Origin: an uncultured virus (IMG/VR IMGVR_UViG_3300025018_002258)
Lineage: Duplodnaviria > Heunggongvirae > Uroviricota > Caudoviricetes
Length of the DNA: 64,000 bases
Virus record (IMG/VR): IMGVR_UViG_3300025018_002258
Strand: one strand, 5' to 3'
In this document: positions 61,363 to 64,000 of the stretch, piece by piece
Numbering within the stretch: the first letter of the stretch is position 1
Layout: each line of letters opens with the position of its first letter
Notes under the pieces: model-generated
Seen by the model: only the letters and a program-made list of their open reading frames with translations
What the model was told of the DNA's origin: nothing
Databases searched by the model: none
Translations under genes and position numbers: made by a program

Positions 61363-62127
61363 ATGGAGATCACAATGGAATACCAAGAAATGAAGGAAAG
61401 ATTGACAAAAGCCCTAGAGGGTATGGATGTAACTGATCTGGAGAAATTCAAAAGAGAAATATGTATAGAGCTTACAAATAGAAGAAGAATCTGGACTGAT
61501 ATTTTGAAAGAAAAATATGAAACTGAGGGATACTACGATTTTCGTAGTTCGATAGATTGGAAAGACGCAGATCAGAGAAACAAACTCTATGAAAAAGAGA
61601 AGGCAGCCAAGAAAGCAGCAGAAACAGCAGTAAGAGAAATCATTAGAGATTTCACCGATGTGGCATGTCAGGGAGTTTTAACGGGTGGTTCTGCTCGTTG
61701 GTGGTGGAGCAAACTGGACGATCCTGAACGACAAAATAAACCAACAGAGATCAGCGATGAAGCTAAATCGCTTTCTGGTATAATGCTAAATCATTCTTTC
61801 TGGTGGCCAAACAAAGGAAGATATTTGGATTATATCGACGTAAGAGAACATGTTGCCGCTGTCCTCCATGCAGTTAGCAATGCTGAGGATATTGTCTTAA
61901 GGGATGACAGAACGATTGAAGAAGAAATATCAATGGGTGTTTCGTCCGCTGCTGTTTATGATGGTTTCAGACGTTTCTATATGTATCGTGAGAACTTAGA
62001 GAAGGAACTATTGGACGATCATCACTGTGGTGATTGTATCAAAGTGGCTTGTAGTTGTTCTCGTTGCATTATCGACGATGCTCGGGGTTCCGCCGAGGAA
62101 TTCATGAGAGAGGCAGGCTGGCTCTGA
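61363..62127 (+). CDS. Hypothetical protein with C-terminal Cys/His cluster
   Basis: HCGDC...CSC.RC. Confidence 0.65.
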   Translation: MEITMEYQEMKERLTKALEGMDVTDLEKFKREICIELTNRRRIWTDILKEKYETEGYYDFRSSIDWKDADQRNKLYEKEKAAKKAAETAVREIIRDFTDVACQGVLTGGSARWWWSKLDDPERQNKPTEISDEAKSLSGIMLNHSFWWPNKGRYLDYIDVREHVAAVLHAVSNAEDIVLRDDRTIEEEISMGVSSAAVYDGFRRFYMYRENLEKELLDDHHCGDCIKVACSCSRCIIDDARGSAEEFMREAGWL

Positions 62128-62171
62128 AAGAATCATGCTCCTTGGCTGTTCCTTAGCCAAGGAGCATCGAA

Positions 62172-62561
62172 ATGCGAGACTACTATAAAACGCAGCCGCC
62201 GCCTGGACTGACAGAGGTTCGACGCGAAATCTGGAGCCTTCAACTTGCCATTGATCGCCTCGGAGATGAGATTAAAGAAAAACAGCAGCAGGTTCAAGAA
62301 CTGGAACGAAAGAAAGAAGCTGTTTTTGCCGACTGCAAGCATGATTGGGAAGAGAAATATACTCCTGTCCATTACGAGGGGTACAGAGTCCCCAGCGACC
62401 GCGAAATGGGGCTTGAACTTGGTGTTGACTCTAGGCCAGCAACTTATGTTTCGGCCACGACTGAGAAGAAATGGACTCGAACCTGCAAAAAGTGTGGCAA
62501 GCAAGAAGTGACTTCCCGGACCCGAGAGGTCAAGCAGGAATTGCCAAGCTGGAATTCGTGA
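62172..62561 (+). CDS. Coiled-coil and Zn-ribbon hypothetical protein
   Basis: CKH.W and CKKCG; AAGGAG RBS. Confidence 0.65.
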   Translation: MRDYYKTQPPPGLTEVRREIWSLQLAIDRLGDEIKEKQQQVQELERKKEAVFADCKHDWEEKYTPVHYEGYRVPSDREMGLELGVDSRPATYVSATTEKKWTRTCKKCGKQEVTSRTREVKQELPSWNS

Positions 62562-62573
62562 GCGAATCGCCCC

Positions 62574-62602
62574 TTGACACCACCGGGCGCTCGTGCTATA
62601 AT
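62574..62602 (+). promoter_or_regulatory. sigma70 promoter
   Basis: TTGACA-N17-TATAAT with extended TG. Confidence 0.85.
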
Positions 62603-62607
62603 AAGCG

Positions 62608-63480
62608 GTGGAGATTGGCGAGATGGCCCACGAGAAAGAACCATTCATTTCTGCGTCCCGTAGCATCGCCTTGATGTCGGGACGCAGAAGCATGATGGAC
62701 AACATTCGGCTGGCAAACGTCGGAGGTTGTTCTTTTGGAACTGATGCTCTGGTCTATGAAGACCAGATTGTCGAAATCGTTGCCTCTCCGGTCAACTCTG
62801 AACTCCTGATTACTCGCAAGGCCAACGATAATGCCGTCGTGATCATTAAGCCTGATGGCGAACTTTTGCGGTATCACGGTGAAATCGCCCACATGTATCG
62901 CCATCTGGCAAAGGTCCACAAGGTTGCCTTCCTTCGCCGACAGGGCGATCTAGCAACTTTCCTTGGCGAACGCCGAAAATCTATCAAATCTCTCGGGCTT
63001 GGGTTCGAAGAAGATGGCGTACCGCGTCCTGAGCAAATCAAACAAGATGAAGTTCCCGAAGGCGTCACAGAGAGAACTCTGATTTTGGCCGAGTTTTCCT
63101 ATGAAGAAATCGCTCCCCGTCTTGGAGATGACAAAAAGGGCGAAATCAAATTCAAGGACGAAAAGGTGGCATACAAGCTGAACAGTCCTCGACTGATCTG
63201 CTTTAAGAACTCTCCCGTTTGTGTAGGGTGTGGTCGCGAAGGTGTGCTGTTTCGTCTGGAGTGGCCTCCGCATCACGGATCGCCACATCTCAATTTGTAC
63301 TCTGAAGATGGGGAGATTATGACACATGATCATATCATCCCTCAGTCCAAGTACAAAGCAATCAAAGGATCCCTCCAGGGCCTTCATGGTCAGAGGAACT
63401 TGCAAACTATGTGTTATCTTTGCAATACCAAAAAGGCAGACACGTTGCCTGAAGGAATCGAAGAAAATAAGCACGCATGA
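62608..63480 (+). CDS. Protein with C-terminal HNH nuclease domain
   Basis: CVGC...T.DHIIP.SK...NLQTMC..CN..K. Confidence 0.8.
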   Translation: MEIGEMAHEKEPFISASRSIALMSGRRSMMDNIRLANVGGCSFGTDALVYEDQIVEIVASPVNSELLITRKANDNAVVIIKPDGELLRYHGEIAHMYRHLAKVHKVAFLRRQGDLATFLGERRKSIKSLGLGFEEDGVPRPEQIKQDEVPEGVTERTLILAEFSYEEIAPRLGDDKKGEIKFKDEKVAYKLNSPRLICFKNSPVCVGCGREGVLFRLEWPPHHGSPHLNLYSEDGEIMTHDHIIPQSKYKAIKGSLQGLHGQRNLQTMCYLCNTKKADTLPEGIEENKHA

Positions 63481-63536
63481 CATATAATTGAGCTATGAGA
63501 ATATGGTGTTAATGAAGCACCGAAGGAGAAACTGAA

Positions 63537-63764
63537 ATGAAGAAGATCGCAGTAGAATCGAGTGCTCTGTCCAACGTTGGATACGACATCCCATCGGAAA
63601 CTCTCTATGTGGAGTTCACCAGCGGCTCAATCTATCGCTACGCCAGCGTCCCTGCAAAGGTTATTTTGGCTATGCTTTTATCGAGCAGTGTGGGAAAGTA
63701 TTTCAGTTCGTATATCCGAACTGTATACGAATTCAAAGAAGTCAAGGAATGGCCTGAGATTTAA
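63537..63764 (+). CDS. KTSC domain protein
   Basis: V.SS.L..VGYD....L.VEF..G..Y.Y..VP...S.GKYF...IR. Confidence 0.9.
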   Translation: MKKIAVESSALSNVGYDIPSETLYVEFTSGSIYRYASVPAKVILAMLLSSSVGKYFSSYIRTVYEFKEVKEWPEI

Positions 63765-63772
63765 GGCCGGAC

Positions 63773-63801
63773 TTGACAAGCGTCCGTGCCCGTGGTATAA
63801 T
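63773..63801 (+). promoter_or_regulatory. sigma70 promoter
   Basis: TTGACA-N17-TATAAT with extended TG. Confidence 0.85.
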
Positions 63802-63824
63802 CCCTGGACGGAAAGGAGAGTGCC

Positions 63825-64000
63825 ATGGGCAGCATTGCCATTATCGGAGATTGCCACGGGAAATTCAAATCCTTGAATTCCATTCTGCTTCGGTTGTCCG
63901 TGGATTTTCCCGAAGTTGACACGGTGATTCAGGTCGGAGACTTCGGTTATTGGCCCAGAATCGGATCGATAGGTCATTGGCTCAACAGTCTCCGCGTTCC
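63825..64000 (+). CDS. Metallophosphoesterase (runs off the window end)
   Basis: My translation MGSIAIIGDCHG...IQVGDFGYWP; AAGGAG RBS. Confidence 0.8.
   Translation, partial: MGSIAIIGDCHGKFKSLNSILLRLSVDFPEVDTVIQVGDFGYWPRIGSIGHWLNSLRV

Overview
This 64 kb window looks like part of a large (jumbo-type) bacteriophage genome. It is gene-dense and mostly + strand, with no rRNA or core operons, and uses the standard genetic code (TAA, TAG and TGA all end clear genes). DNA metabolism genes: GyrA, intein-containing RecD2, 5'-3' exonuclease, NAD ligase fused to a macrodomain, three adenine methylases and a pyrimidine-dimer glycosylase-like protein. Translation-rescue and RNA-repair genes: tmRNA, ClpX, intein-containing RNA ligase, 2H phosphoesterase, nucleotidyltransferase and a Pth2-like gene. 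It also carries two PAS histidine kinases with two response regulators, an amidase endolysin, a MoxR/VWA pair, homing endonucleases and a TnpB cassette. Two promoter classes are readable: about 15 near-perfect sigma70 promoters and about 16 copies of an (A)AGG-N19-GAA(T) sigmaH-like motif, probably late. The most striking item is missing from the ORF track. At 60485-61362 a Pth2-like gene has an amber codon at position 6. It is coupled to a second mini-ORF whose amber codon is followed by a RAPP ribosome-arrest-like motif. This may be a stop-codon-readthrough sensing system. All product calls come from motif recognition, not database searches.
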